A DNA stretch of 64,000 nucleotides from Clostridiales bacterium (lineage in GTDB: Bacteria > Bacillota > Clostridia > Christensenellales > DTU072). Position numbers and translations under genes: made by a program. The notes under the pieces are model-generated. The model worked only from the letters and a program-made list of their open reading frames with translations, ran no database searches and had not been told where the DNA came from. Position 1 is the stretch's first letter. Each line of letters begins with the position of its first letter. The DNA is taken from contig JAAZJD010000021.1 in NCBI GenBank assembly GCA_012800525.1, positions 85,048 through 149,047 of the forward strand. The letters are read 5' to 3'. Positions 1-9,756 of the stretch are shown here, piece by piece.

Positions 1-1242
1 GATTCTATGTCCCCACCACAATTGTCTAGATATACACCAATCTTTTATATTTTCCATCCAATTAAAATAGATTTTTGAAAATCTTTCTGGAATAAAACTT
101 ACGCTACCGTCTTTTACTACTTCAATCGCAGGCTGTGCTAATTGCTCCATTGAAACAAACCACTGTTTACTAACAATAGGCTCAATCGTTGTATGACATC
201 TATAGCAGCAACCAACATTATGCTCATAATCTTCAATTTTTTCAATATAACCTAAGCTTTCTAAATCTTTAACAATTTTATCTCTAGCTTCTTCCCTAGA
301 TAAATTTACATATGCAAATGCATTTTCATTCATTGTACCATCATCTGCTATAACCTTAACAATTTCTAAATCGTGTCTTAAACCAATTTCAAAATCATTT
401 GGATCATGTGCTGGTGTAATTTTAACAGCACCTGTTCCAAAACTTGACTCGACATAATCATCTGCTATAACAGGAATTTCCCTATCAGTAAGTGGCAATT
501 TAAGCAATTTGCCGATTTTATCGATATATTTCTTATCATTTGGGTTAACTGCAACAGCTACATCGCCTAGCATTGTCTCAGGCCTAGTTGTCGCAACAAC
601 AATATAACCAGAGCCATCTACATAAGGATATCTAATATGCCATAAATGACTTTGTTGATTTTCATATTCAACTTCTGCATCAGATAGAGCAGTTAAACAA
701 CTCGGACACCAGTTTATCATTCTATCACCTTGATAGATTAAGCCTTTTTCATATAAGCGAACAAAGACTTCTACAACAGCTTTTGAGCATTGTTTATCCA
801 TTGTAAAAGCTTCTTTTGTCCAATCGCAAGAACTACCTAAACGACGCAATTGTCTAACAATTTGACCGCCATATGTCTCTTTCCATTCGTAAGCTCTCTT
901 TAAAAACCCCTCTCTACCTAAACTCTCTTTGGTAATACCTTCTTTCGCTAACATATCAACTATTTTCACTTCAGTTGCAATACTTGCATGATCAGTCCCT
1001 GGAAGCCACAAGGCTGAATAACCGAGCATCCTTTTATGTCTAATTATTATATCTTGAATAGTATATGTTAAAGCATGCCCCATGTGAAGTTGCCCTGTAA
1101 TATTAGGAGGAGGCATCATTATACAAAAAGGCTCTTTATTAGGATCTACATCTGGTGTAAAATATCCTGAAGTTTCCCATTTTTTATATAATGCTTCTTC
1201 AAAACTTTTAGGTTCAAAATTTTTAGCTAACTCATTACTCAT
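1..1242 (-). CDS. valS: Valyl-tRNA synthetase, N-terminal part (the C-terminus lies beyond position 1)
   Basis: Not in the ORF track because it runs off the window edge. My translation of the reverse strand from ATG (1242-1240) gives [31 protein letters not shown]...[15 protein letters not shown] (class I HIGH-type motif)...TRPETMLGD...[11 protein letters not shown]...[11 protein letters not shown]. These are typical ValRS blocks. Confidence 0.9.
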   Translation of the reverse strand, partial: MSNELAKNFEPKSFEEALYKKWETSGYFTPDVDPNKEPFCIMMPPPNITGQLHMGHALTYTIQDIIIRHKRMLGYSALWLPGTDHASIATEVKIVDMLAKEGITKESLGREGFLKRAYEWKETYGGQIVRQLRRLGSSCDWTKEAFTMDKQCSKAVVEVFVRLYEKGLIYQGDRMINWCPSCLTALSDAEVEYENQQSHLWHIRYPYVDGSGYIVVATTRPETMLGDVAVAVNPNDKKYIDKIGKLLKLPLTDREIPVIADDYVESSFGTGAVKITPAHDPNDFEIGLRHDLEIVKVIADDGTMNENAFAYVNLSREEARDKIVKDLESLGYIEKIEDYEHNVGCCYRCHTTIEPIVSKQWFVSMEQLAQPAIEVVKDGSVSFIPERFSKIYFNWMENIKDWCISRQLWWGHRI

Positions 1243-1263
1243 AATTACCTTCTTCAATTTTCT

Positions 1264-1293
1264 AAAAATACAGCTCTAAAAGAACTGTATTTT
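1264..1293 (-). terminator. Rho-independent terminator downstream of pgsA
   Basis: Inverted repeat AAATACAG (1266-1273) / CTGTATTT (1285-1292). On the minus strand the stem runs into TTTTTAG. Confidence 0.55.
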
Positions 1294-1320
1294 AAACTTT
1301 TTTATAATTTGTATTGCAAT

Positions 1321-2049
1321 CTATTTACTCTCATCATCACTCTTTTGCTCAGTTTCAAGATTGTCATCATTCAATTTAGATTCTTCTAATTCAATTGGCT
1401 CTTTGCTTTCTTCTTTTGGAGAAAAATATTCATTTGGATCTTTCCCTTCTTTAAAAGCTTTAAAAACAATTTTATAAACAGGTATGACTTGCTTTATATA
1501 TCCTGCAAAAGCATAATATGTCATTATTGTTGCTACGCCAATTACAATCCAATCTAAATAGAAAACCTTTTCTGCAAAAAAACTATGGAAAAATGATAAA
1601 AATATTCCTAAAGATAATGTTGCAGATGCCACCTTTCCTGCCATATTAGCTTTTATAGGTTGTGCATATTTTAAAACAATAAGACCGCCTATAATCATCA
1701 ATAATTCTTTTAAAAAAATTAAAACCAAAAATGCCCAATGTACAAAGCCAATTACAACTAAGCTAACTAAAATTGATATGTGCATAAGTTTATCTGCAAC
1801 TGGGTCTATTGCTGCGCCTAATGCTGTAGCTTGATTATATTTTCTTGCAATATGTCCATCAACTAAATCAGTTCCTGCAGCTACAACCATAATGATAAAT
1901 CCAATAATTGGGAAACTATATTCCCCAACAGATATCCATCTATTTTTATCAATAGTCAACCACATAAAAAAAGGAATTGCAAGAATTCTCAAAAATGTTA
2001 AAATGTTTGGTATAGTTAAAACTTGACTCTTAATTTCATCTGCTCGCAT
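1321..2049 (-). CDS. pgsA: CDP-diacylglycerol--glycerol-3-phosphate 3-phosphatidyltransferase (CDP-alcohol phosphatidyltransferase family)
   Basis: Carries the CDP-alcohol phosphatidyltransferase motif DLVDGHIARKYNQATALGAAIDPVADK (DG..AR...G...D...D). The protein is multi-TM with an acidic C-terminal tail. Confidence 0.85.
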   Translation of the reverse strand: MRADEIKSQVLTIPNILTFLRILAIPFFMWLTIDKNRWISVGEYSFPIIGFIIMVVAAGTDLVDGHIARKYNQATALGAAIDPVADKLMHISILVSLVVIGFVHWAFLVLIFLKELLMIIGGLIVLKYAQPIKANMAGKVASATLSLGIFLSFFHSFFAEKVFYLDWIVIGVATIMTYYAFAGYIKQVIPVYKIVFKAFKEGKDPNEYFSPKEESKEPIELEESKLNDDNLETEQKSDDESK

Positions 2050-2131
2050 AATAATGCTCCTTCAACTGTTTTATGTTAGTTTACCACTAAACCTAGTCTT
2101 ATGCTAAATGTTTTTAAAGATAAATTGGAAT

Positions 2132-3115
2132 TTATCTAGTATTTGCAAAAAATTTTCTATATTTAGGTTCATTTAACATTTTTGATAAACCAAAAACTTG
2201 TGCATACTCAGGGTTGTCAACAATAAAGATTGGAAGTTTTAGATAATTTGAGAAAAAATTAGTTAATCCGTTTATTTTGCTTCCACCACCTGCTATATAC
2301 AAACCATTTTGCGTGACTTCATCCAAAACATTACTTGGCAATGTTGTCAAAACACTTTCTATTATTTCTGCTATTTTTTTAAAACAAAAGTGAATGCTAG
2401 TACGAATATTTGATGCACTAATATCTATTTTTTTCATTTTGTTTTCTAGCATATCTTTTCCTATTATTTCCATGCCACTATAGTCATTTTCATGCAAACT
2501 ACCTATGGTATTTTTTATTTCTTCTGCCATAGACCAACTAATCATAAAATTTTGCTGTTCTAAAAGCTGCTCTTTGATTTTATTATTAATTAAATTTCCA
2601 GCTATATTTATAGAACATCCTGTAACAATTCCATTTTTATCTAAAACACCAATTTCAGTGTTTCCTGAACCAATAATTAAAACAGCTACAGGTAATTGCG
2701 GTATATATGGCAACAATGTAGTTAATGATTCAAATAATGTAACATCTTTATATCCTGCCTTAACTACTGCAGCTTCAATGCTTTCACGTTCTAATATTGA
2801 AAGCCCACAAGGAACTGGCACATATATTTCCATTTGCTGAAACAATCTTGGTGGAGCATATAGAGAAAAAAAATGACGAAGCATTAAAGCCATTACTTCT
2901 ACATTAATTACTGCTCCATCAACTACAGGATAAATAACCGTTTCATCGGATTTTAGCTTGACCATTGCCTTTTGAGCCTCTTTGCCTGCAGCTACCAAAG
3001 AAAATTTAGGGAATCTTGATATAATCGCAATATTTGGCTCTCTAAAAACACCCATATCACTTACAAAAGTAATATTGTTTGTTCCTAAATCTACAATACA
3101 TTGACCCTTTTTCAT
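2132..3115 (-). CDS. Divergent MreB/actin-like ATPase
   Basis: The actin-fold motifs appear in MreB order: phosphate-1 VDLGTNN, phosphate-2 IIGSGNTEIGV, adenosine motif IAGGGSKINGL. It sits directly downstream of maf as in the Bacillus maf-mreB locus, but no mreC/mreD follow. Confidence 0.7.
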   Translation of the reverse strand: MKKGQCIVDLGTNNITFVSDMGVFREPNIAIISRFPKFSLVAAGKEAQKAMVKLKSDETVIYPVVDGAVINVEVMALMLRHFFSLYAPPRLFQQMEIYVPVPCGLSILERESIEAAVVKAGYKDVTLFESLTTLLPYIPQLPVAVLIIGSGNTEIGVLDKNGIVTGCSINIAGNLINNKIKEQLLEQQNFMISWSMAEEIKNTIGSLHENDYSGMEIIGKDMLENKMKKIDISASNIRTSIHFCFKKIAEIIESVLTTLPSNVLDEVTQNGLYIAGGGSKINGLTNFFSNYLKLPIFIVDNPEYAQVFGLSKMLNEPKYRKFFANTR

Positions 3116-3131
3116 CTATATCCCCTTTTAT

Positions 3132-3698
3132 TTATTTAATGATACTAGATAAATTTATTTTTTTAAAAATCTCTATTAGTTTTTCACTTGGCAAACCAAC
3201 AATATTGTCATAACTTCCAGTATATTTTTCAACAACGATACCATCTTGTATAGCATAAGAGCCTGCTTTATCTAAAACTTGATGATTTTTTATATAATTT
3301 TCAATATTTTCTACTGTAAGATTTTTTAATGTAACAAAACTTACCGCTGTGCCGACCTCTATATGTTCATTAAATTGAACCAACACGCTAGACACTACTT
3401 TGTGAGTTTTCCCAGCTAACTCTAAAAGCATTTGTTTTGCTTCTACTAAAGAACTAGGCTTTCCATAGTACTTTCCATCATTCCAAACAATTGTATCTCC
3501 TGTTATTATAACTTCATATAAATTAGAAGATTGAACCGCTTTCAGTTTTCTTTTCGCTAATTCTATGGCTGTTTCTTCTGGCGTTTTAGCAAAATAATTT
3601 TCATCTACATCAAAACTTTTGGTAATAAAATTACTACCTATAATTTTCTCTAAAATCTCCTTTCTTCTTGGTGAAGCTGATGCTAATAATATTTGCAT
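3132..3698 (-). CDS. maf: Maf-like nucleoside triphosphate pyrophosphatase (septum formation inhibitor family)
   Basis: N-terminal ILLASASPRRKEIL and C-terminal AGSYAIQD...IVGLP are Maf family hallmarks. Confidence 0.9.
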   Translation of the reverse strand: MQILLASASPRRKEILEKIIGSNFITKSFDVDENYFAKTPEETAIELAKRKLKAVQSSNLYEVIITGDTIVWNDGKYYGKPSSLVEAKQMLLELAGKTHKVVSSVLVQFNEHIEVGTAVSFVTLKNLTVENIENYIKNHQVLDKAGSYAIQDGIVVEKYTGSYDNIVGLPSEKLIEIFKKINLSSIIK

Positions 3699-5209
3699 TA
3701 CAATATTTCTAAGTTTTTCTTAAATGCTCTTCTAAATTCAGGCAATGCAACTAATGCGTCTTTAATTTCTAGAACACATTCCCCTTCAGATTCAATTTTT
3801 AAGATAACACTATCGCCAAGTATATCTCCGTTTAATCCCACAATAACCTTACCACAACTTCTATCAAAGCATTCGGCTATCCTAACAATGACACCTAGTT
3901 TTTTTACGGCTTCTATTTCTTCTTCCGTCAATAAATTTAAATATTCTTGAGCATTTAACTCTTCAAGACTATCTCTTTGATGTGAACCTGCAACCAAAGC
4001 TGCCATAACTAAATCTTTTTGTGGTATTCCATAAAGGTTACTGTTTAAAATAATATACATTGAATGTTTATGGTGATCATAATATTTCATAGTCATTCCA
4101 ACATCATGCAGCATGCTAGCAACCCTTAATATCTTTACATAAGGTCTTGGTAATTTATGTAAAACTCTTAATTGCCTAAATAATTGCATAGAAAGATCAA
4201 AGACATGCTCTGCGTGCTCTATATTCATATTAAAGTGATGTAGCATTGTATAAATACTGTGACCAACAATGTCTGGCAAGGGCTTTTCTGCTGTAATTGG
4301 GCAAGCATACCTAAACATTGCCCCTTCTCTCAGTCCAGCTCCGCCAACAGTTATTTCATCTACTTGCACAAATGACTTCAATGCTGAAAGCACAGATAAG
4401 GCTGCTGGAAAAATATCCACCCTAGCGCTAGATAATCCTTTAATTCTTGAAACTAATTCAGCACTTAAAGGTTTTATAGTGTCATAAATAGTATCAAATT
4501 CTTCCATTGAAATAACATAATTATGTGCCATATCAAGAGGATATTTTTTAAGTCTTCTACTTATTCTTCCTAAATTTCTTATCGAACCCCCAACACCAAT
4601 CAATCTAATTTCCGGATCAATGTTTTTTAACCAATCTATCTTATCCATTTCTTCATAGACGTGTTTCTCTATGGCCATAGCCCTTTCTTCAGAATTTTCT
4701 ATATGTGAAAATTGTTTTGTTAAAGTCAAAGCTCCAAAAGGTAGAGTATCTTGATACAACATATTACGCCTATGATAACAAATGAGCTTTGTACTGCCAC
4801 CACCGATGTCAATAATTAGACCTTTTGGTATTTCCATTGAATTAATTACACCCGTATAAACTAAAGATGCCTCCTCTTGTTGTGACAATACTTGAATTTG
4901 AATGCCTACTTGATTTTCTATTTCCTCTACAAAAGCCTCTTGGTTTTTAGCTCTACGAACAGCTGCTGTTCCATAGGCAAAAACTTTATCAACATTGTGG
5001 CTTTCATACAATGTTTTAAATGTTTTTAATGTACGAATGGTTTGAACCATCCTAAGTGGTTTTAAAAAACCATCTATCTCCATACCCTCTGCCAATCTAA
5101 TGGGCTCTTTTAATTCATCTATTACCTTAAAAAAACCACCAGGTAAGATATTTACAATAACCAGCCTGGCTGTATTTGAACCTAAATCAATAATTGCTAT
5201 CTTTTCCAT
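3698..5209 (-). CDS. ppx: Ppx/GppA family exopolyphosphatase/phosphatase with C-terminal HD domain
   Basis: Has IAIIDLGSNTARLVIV and IIDIGGGSTKL (ASKHA fold, Ppx/GppA) and a C-terminal HDVG HD-type region. The stop overlaps the maf start by 1 nt. Confidence 0.85.
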   Translation of the reverse strand: MEKIAIIDLGSNTARLVIVNILPGGFFKVIDELKEPIRLAEGMEIDGFLKPLRMVQTIRTLKTFKTLYESHNVDKVFAYGTAAVRRAKNQEAFVEEIENQVGIQIQVLSQQEEASLVYTGVINSMEIPKGLIIDIGGGSTKLICYHRRNMLYQDTLPFGALTLTKQFSHIENSEERAMAIEKHVYEEMDKIDWLKNIDPEIRLIGVGGSIRNLGRISRRLKKYPLDMAHNYVISMEEFDTIYDTIKPLSAELVSRIKGLSSARVDIFPAALSVLSALKSFVQVDEITVGGAGLREGAMFRYACPITAEKPLPDIVGHSIYTMLHHFNMNIEHAEHVFDLSMQLFRQLRVLHKLPRPYVKILRVASMLHDVGMTMKYYDHHKHSMYIILNSNLYGIPQKDLVMAALVAGSHQRDSLEELNAQEYLNLLTEEEIEAVKKLGVIVRIAECFDRSCGKVIVGLNGDILGDSVILKIESEGECVLEIKDALVALPEFRRAFKKNLEIL

Positions 5210-5257
5210 TTTCCTTCCTTATTTTGCCATTATGGCATTTCTATCAAAAATATTTTG

Positions 5258-5282
5258 AGTAGTTAAATTAGTTTTAACTACT
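5258..5282 (-). terminator. Hairpin terminator downstream of the 2-hydroxyacid dehydrogenase gene
   Basis: Perfect 10-bp stem AGTAGTTAAA (5258-5267) / TTTAACTACT (5273-5282) with a 5-nt loop. The stem is AT-rich. Confidence 0.45.
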
Positions 5283-5291
5283 TTGCTCTCG

Positions 5292-6257
5292 CTAGTTTAC
5301 TACGTTTAAACTTTCCCCATTTAAAAAAGCTTTAATGTTATCACAAGCAACACCAAGAAGACGAGATCTAGCTTCATATGTTGCCCAAGCTAAATGTGGT
5401 GTTATCAATATATTTTTTGCAGCAAACAACGGATTGTCTGCTTTTGCTGGCTCCTCTGAAAGAACATCGACTCCTGCTCCTGCGATTATGCCCTCGTTTA
5501 GCGCATATGCTAAATCAGCCTCATTTACAAGTGGACCTCTTGCCGTGTTTATTAAAAAGGCGCTTTTTTTCATTAGTGAAAGCTTATTTTTGTCAATAAA
5601 TCCTTTGTTTTTATCTGTTAAAGGACAGTTTAATGAAACAACATCAGATATCGATAATAATTCATCTAATGAAACATATCTAAACGTGCCATCTTCTTTT
5701 TTATGCATTGAATTTGAAAAAACTACAACTTTCATCCCAAAAGCATTAGCAATTTCTTTTAAACGCATCCCAATCCTTCCAAACCCCACAATTCCTAGTG
5801 TTTTACCATATAGTTCTAAAATACCTGGCTCATAAAAACAAAAGTTTGGACAAGTTACCCAATCTCCTTGTTTTACTCTTTCAAAATGTCTTGGTAATTT
5901 TAGTGCCAAACTAATTATTAAACCCACAATAGTTTGCACAACACTTTCTGTACTATATGCTGGAACATTTGTAACAACAACACCTTTTTTTCTCGCGTAC
6001 TTAATGTCGATATTATTGTAGCCCGTTGCTAGTTCCCCAACATATTTTAACATAGGTAAATTATCGATAACTTTAGAGTCTATATTGCATTTATTTGTAA
6101 TGATAATATCGGCATCTTTGGCTCTTTCTGTAATTAAATCATATGGTGTATTATCATACACAACCATTTCACCAAGTGTCGACAAAACATCCCAATTTAA
6201 ATCACCGCTGTTAACACAATATCCATCTAATACTACTATCTTTACTTTCCTATTCAT
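5292..6257 (-). CDS. D-isomer-specific 2-hydroxyacid dehydrogenase (glycerate dehydrogenase/hydroxypyruvate reductase-like)
   Basis: NAD-binding GIVGFGRIGMRL and the catalytic-region blocks NTARGPLV and ITPHLAWAT are typical of the D-2-hydroxyacid dehydrogenase family. Confidence 0.85.
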   Translation of the reverse strand: MNRKVKIVVLDGYCVNSGDLNWDVLSTLGEMVVYDNTPYDLITERAKDADIIITNKCNIDSKVIDNLPMLKYVGELATGYNNIDIKYARKKGVVVTNVPAYSTESVVQTIVGLIISLALKLPRHFERVKQGDWVTCPNFCFYEPGILELYGKTLGIVGFGRIGMRLKEIANAFGMKVVVFSNSMHKKEDGTFRYVSLDELLSISDVVSLNCPLTDKNKGFIDKNKLSLMKKSAFLINTARGPLVNEADLAYALNEGIIAGAGVDVLSEEPAKADNPLFAAKNILITPHLAWATYEARSRLLGVACDNIKAFLNGESLNVVN

Positions 6258-6280
6258 GACAAAGCATTACCTCTAAAGCC

Positions 6281-7195
6281 TTAATAATTTACACTTGCCT
6301 TTACTTGTTCTTCCTCAGTTATTTCCTCTTCATCTAATACTACATCTTGCCAAATTGCTCGAACTTCTTCTTCAAAATTTGCAACGAAAGTATTAGAAGT
6401 ATCATCTCTCAACGAATGAAACTCTAATATGTTTCTCACTGACTTTACTCCGTTGATACAATTAAATTTTGAAGTATAACCTGGACTCACTAAAATATCT
6501 TGTAGTGTCCCTGTCTTTAATTTAAATCTAAACCTATTTTCTAAATCCCTTGAAATTTCAAAGATATATACTCTCAACATTTGCAAGTACTCAGTATCAG
6601 TAGAATCTGTAACTTCTGCATATTTTCCTGCGATTATCGCAAGCCTCATAGCTCTTATGCAAGAAAACCGAGTTGCATGTGCCTTTGATATTGCAACAGT
6701 TTCATTAGCACTAGTAATCAGTTTAAAACGATAAAAACCTTCAACATCTAAATACATGCTTATTATCCCAGGCTTTCTAGAAACTTCTTCATTGTAAATG
6801 TGATCTTTGTTAAAAGAGCTTTCTTTTTGCAAAGGCGCAGTATATTCCACTTCTTTTTTACGCACTTTTCTAGGAGGACGAGGTTTATTTTTTATAGGTT
6901 TTAACATAATAGATATTTGTTTTGAATCAGACCTCATAACATCTTGATGACTTGCGGTATAGTCAACATTAGACCCTATATCCAAATCATCATTTAAATC
7001 AAAGTATGAATATCCAGCATCTTTTTTTGCCTCATACTTAGCTTCTTCTTTAGCTTGCGAAGCTTTTCTCTCTCTTTTTTTGGAAATAGCTGTTGCAATT
7101 GAAACAAAGGCAATGATAATTAGAATTATAATGCCTAAAAGAAAATATGTTTCAGCTGTAGATAAAAATATATTAAGTATTAAGTTTGATTGCAT
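6281..7195 (-). CDS. Membrane-anchored protein with two tandem YegP/DUF1508-like domains
   Basis: An N-terminal TM helix (LLGIIILIIIAFVSIATAI) is followed by a Lys/Pro-rich linker. Two segments then follow, FYRFKLITSANETVAISKAHATRFSCIRAMRLAI and RFRFKLKTGTLQDILVSPGYTSKFNCINGVKSVRNI. Both resemble the E. coli YegP repeat (FRFVLKAGNGETILTSELYTSKTSAEKGIASVRSN). Confidence 0.6.
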   Translation of the reverse strand: MQSNLILNIFLSTAETYFLLGIIILIIIAFVSIATAISKKRERKASQAKEEAKYEAKKDAGYSYFDLNDDLDIGSNVDYTASHQDVMRSDSKQISIMLKPIKNKPRPPRKVRKKEVEYTAPLQKESSFNKDHIYNEEVSRKPGIISMYLDVEGFYRFKLITSANETVAISKAHATRFSCIRAMRLAIIAGKYAEVTDSTDTEYLQMLRVYIFEISRDLENRFRFKLKTGTLQDILVSPGYTSKFNCINGVKSVRNILEFHSLRDDTSNTFVANFEEEVRAIWQDVVLDEEEITEEEQVKASVNY

Positions 7196-7306
7196 CTAAT
7201 CCTTTTCCCTTTTTCACAAATCATTACTATTATAACACTACTAGCGACAAATAATCTAGATACAATTTAAAATTTTATCTAAATATATAATTTATATTAT
7301 AAGGAC

Positions 7307-7507
7307 ACGCAAAAACTCTATAAATCTACCAAAGTTCAACTAATTTATATCTACACTATGCTCAGCAAATATAAAGACGCACAAAAACTCTATAAATCTA
7401 GCGAAGTTCAACTAATTTATACTATATACTGTACTCAACAAATATAAAGACGCCATAAATCTACCAAAGTTCAACTAATCTATATCTACACTATACTCAG
7501 CAAAATC
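7307..7507 (-). repeat. Three tandem copies (about 70-73 bp) of the 3' end plus downstream flank of the 276-aa ORF
   Basis: The copies start at 7307, 7377 and 7450. The third overlaps the real stop codon (TAG, 7475-7477). Pseudo-termini read on the minus strand are FAEYSVDID* (gene), then ...YSIN* and FAEHSVDIN*. Confidence 0.85.
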
Positions 7508-8305
7508 AGATGGTTCATATAACCAATATGTTTGAGTATCAATATTTTTTGTCCCCAAATCTAATGCCTGTTCATAATTAACGGCTCTTACATATACGGT
7601 AAAAGAGGTTAAATTTTCTGGTAAACTCGATATTACCCATTCAAAGTTTTTTAATTCAGCACCTGGCAAAGTCTCAATATGACTATTGATAGAATCATAA
7701 TATTCAAAAAACTCTATATCCCCGCTGTTTTCAACACTTGCAGCATAAATTGGAGCTTCAAATTCATCAAATCGCAAATAATCTCCTTCTCTTTTTAAAG
7801 AGATTATTGGTTTTTCCAGTTTGTACGCGGAAATTTCTTGAAATTTCCATTCAGAAAAAGCAGTATCATTTTTTGACTTTTCAGCAACACCTTTAACTCT
7901 AACTTTAAAATCTCCCCTTTTTCTGTCAAGTTCAAGTTTTGTTTGATTTGTATATATACTTTTCACTGAATTGCTATATGCTTCAGCTTTTTCCTCATCA
8001 CTTAACAGCTCACTACCTTTATTTTGTTTCATTTTGCTCTCTTCAATTTCTTGATCCATGCTAAACCAATATTCTACCAAATACCTACCTGTGTTTTTTT
8101 TGTTCCAAGAAACAACTATTTTATTTTCCGGTTGAGATAAAACTTTTATAGAAACTTTAGGAGCTGCTTTTTGCATTCTTAATATAGCTAATGTTAGTGA
8201 TGTAACTGTGATGGCTACAACTAAAACTATGCCTATAATTGTTAGTAGCATTTTCTCTTTTTTTGACAACACTTTTGCTTGTTTCGTTTCTTTTTCTTTT
8301 TCCAT
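7475..8305 (-). CDS. Hypothetical single-pass membrane protein
   Basis: The ORF track start (8317) is a TTG. An ATG at 8305 is preceded by GGAG with a 6-nt spacer, so 8305 is preferred. It has an N-terminal TM helix (LLTIIGIVLVVAITVTSLTLAIL). I recognise no family. Confidence 0.6.
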   Translation of the reverse strand: MEKEKETKQAKVLSKKEKMLLTIIGIVLVVAITVTSLTLAILRMQKAAPKVSIKVLSQPENKIVVSWNKKNTGRYLVEYWFSMDQEIEESKMKQNKGSELLSDEEKAEAYSNSVKSIYTNQTKLELDRKRGDFKVRVKGVAEKSKNDTAFSEWKFQEISAYKLEKPIISLKREGDYLRFDEFEAPIYAASVENSGDIEFFEYYDSINSHIETLPGAELKNFEWVISSLPENLTSFTVYVRAVNYEQALDLGTKNIDTQTYWLYEPSDFAEYSVDID

Positions 8306-8348
8306 AATCAGCTCCAATATTATACATTTTACTACATTCTAGAGAAAA

Positions 8349-8379
8349 ATACACGACTGTTATATATGCAGTCGTGTAT
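8349..8379 (-). terminator. Rho-independent terminator downstream of pfp
   Basis: 11-bp stem ATACACGACTG (8349-8359) / CAGTCGTGTAT (8369-8379), followed on the minus strand by TTTTCTCT. Confidence 0.75.
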
Positions 8380-8410
8380 ACAGTCTATTGTTTTTAACTA
8401 TTTTGATTAA

Positions 8411-9664
8411 TTATTTTTTACCAGCTTGTACTTTTTTTAATTTAGCAAATCTTGGTAGACCATCTTCTAGTGGAGCTTTTGCATCTCCTTGAATTAATGG
8501 AAGAGCATAATCTACAAAATCATCAGATAACATTGTTCCATCTTCTGTAATCCACTCAACAGGGACTTTTCTTTCTGTGTTGGCAGCTAACTCTAAAGGC
8601 ATTAACTCATATTCACAAGCATACTTGCCATCAACACTACTACGTTTAAATACAACCATTTTATCTGTTTGCCCTGCACAAGCTGCTTCGACAGCTTTCT
8701 TCCCTGCATTATAAGCCTCTTCAACATCAACTTTAGAAGCAAGATGAGCTGCACATCTTTGCATTAAACTAAACTCAATACCTCTAACTTTTACACCATA
8801 CTCTGCATTAATTAAATCAGCTAACTGAATAGCAAGTCCGCCTAGTTGAGCATGACCAAAACTATCTCTAGCTTTCGATTCAGATAATTTTTCCACTATA
8901 AACTTGCCATCTTTATCATGAATACCCTCGGATACACATGCTATACAACTTCCACCATTAGCATCCATAACTTTCTTTACATCCTTTTTAAATTTATCAA
9001 GACAAAAAGGAACTTCCGGTAAATAGATAAGATCTGGACCTAGACCTTTGTATGAAGCAAGTTTACTTGCAGCTGCAAGCCAACCAGCATGTCTACCCAT
9101 TATTTCTACTACACAAACTTGACCTTTATCATAAACTTTTGCATCTAAGTTTATTTCCATTAAAGTTGTTGCAACATACTTTGCGGCAGAAGCATATCCT
9201 GGACAGTGATCAGTCCCAAACAAGTCATTATCTATGGTTTTGGGAACACCAATAATATTGCAATCATATCCAACTTTTTGTAAATATTTGGAAATTTTAT
9301 TACATGTGTCCATGCTATCATTGCCACCGTTATAGAAAAAATACCTTACATTGTATTTTTTAAAAACTTCTAAAATCCTTTTATAATCTGTGTCGTCTTT
9401 CTTTTCATCAACTAGCTTATAACGCACTGAACCCAAAGCTGAAGAGGGGGTATACTTTAATAATTCCAACTCCTTTGCATCTTCCTTGCTCATATCATAA
9501 AAGTTTTCATCTAGTAAGCCTTTGATTCCATGAGCTAGCCCATAAACTGCTGTAATATTCTTCTCTTTAAGTGCTTGAATAAAAACTCCAGCCGCACTTG
9601 CATTAATAACTGAAGTTGGTCCTCCTGATTGACCAAACATACATGCTCCAACTAAATTTTTCAT
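8411..9664 (-). CDS. pfp: 6-phosphofructokinase, long type, predicted pyrophosphate-dependent
   Basis: PFK family protein (SGGPTSVINAS, PKTIDNDL). It has GGNDS and PKTIDND where ATP-PFKs have GGDGS and PGTIDND. The Asp and Lys at these two positions are the known PPi-specificity determinants. Confidence 0.75.
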   Translation of the reverse strand: MKNLVGACMFGQSGGPTSVINASAAGVFIQALKEKNITAVYGLAHGIKGLLDENFYDMSKEDAKELELLKYTPSSALGSVRYKLVDEKKDDTDYKRILEVFKKYNVRYFFYNGGNDSMDTCNKISKYLQKVGYDCNIIGVPKTIDNDLFGTDHCPGYASAAKYVATTLMEINLDAKVYDKGQVCVVEIMGRHAGWLAAASKLASYKGLGPDLIYLPEVPFCLDKFKKDVKKVMDANGGSCIACVSEGIHDKDGKFIVEKLSESKARDSFGHAQLGGLAIQLADLINAEYGVKVRGIEFSLMQRCAAHLASKVDVEEAYNAGKKAVEAACAGQTDKMVVFKRSSVDGKYACEYELMPLELAANTERKVPVEWITEDGTMLSDDFVDYALPLIQGDAKAPLEDGLPRFAKLKKVQAGKK

Positions 9665-9756
9665 ACTTTTCTCCTTTTCATTTAATATTTATATCGACTT
9701 TATTATACCAAACATCAATAGTTTTTTAAATAAAGCATCGCGCAATCTTTTTCAAA

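Noticed and set aside
2505-2840. Numerous plus-strand ORFs of 60-166 aa in the track, antisense to long minus-strand genes. Examples are 2505-2840, 5335-5835, 9983-10318, 23721-24029, 37021-37341 and 51602-51952.
   Set aside because: Each lies entirely inside a well-supported conserved gene on the opposite strand. They have no RBS or family resemblance and show the Ser/Leu/Ile/Phe-rich composition expected from reading AT-rich genes antisense.
7307-7507. The tandem repeat arrays at 7.3, 45.4, 46.3 and 57.7 kb considered as CRISPR arrays.
   Set aside because: The units are directly adjacent with no unique spacers. They are degenerate copies of flanking gene ends, and no cas genes are nearby.
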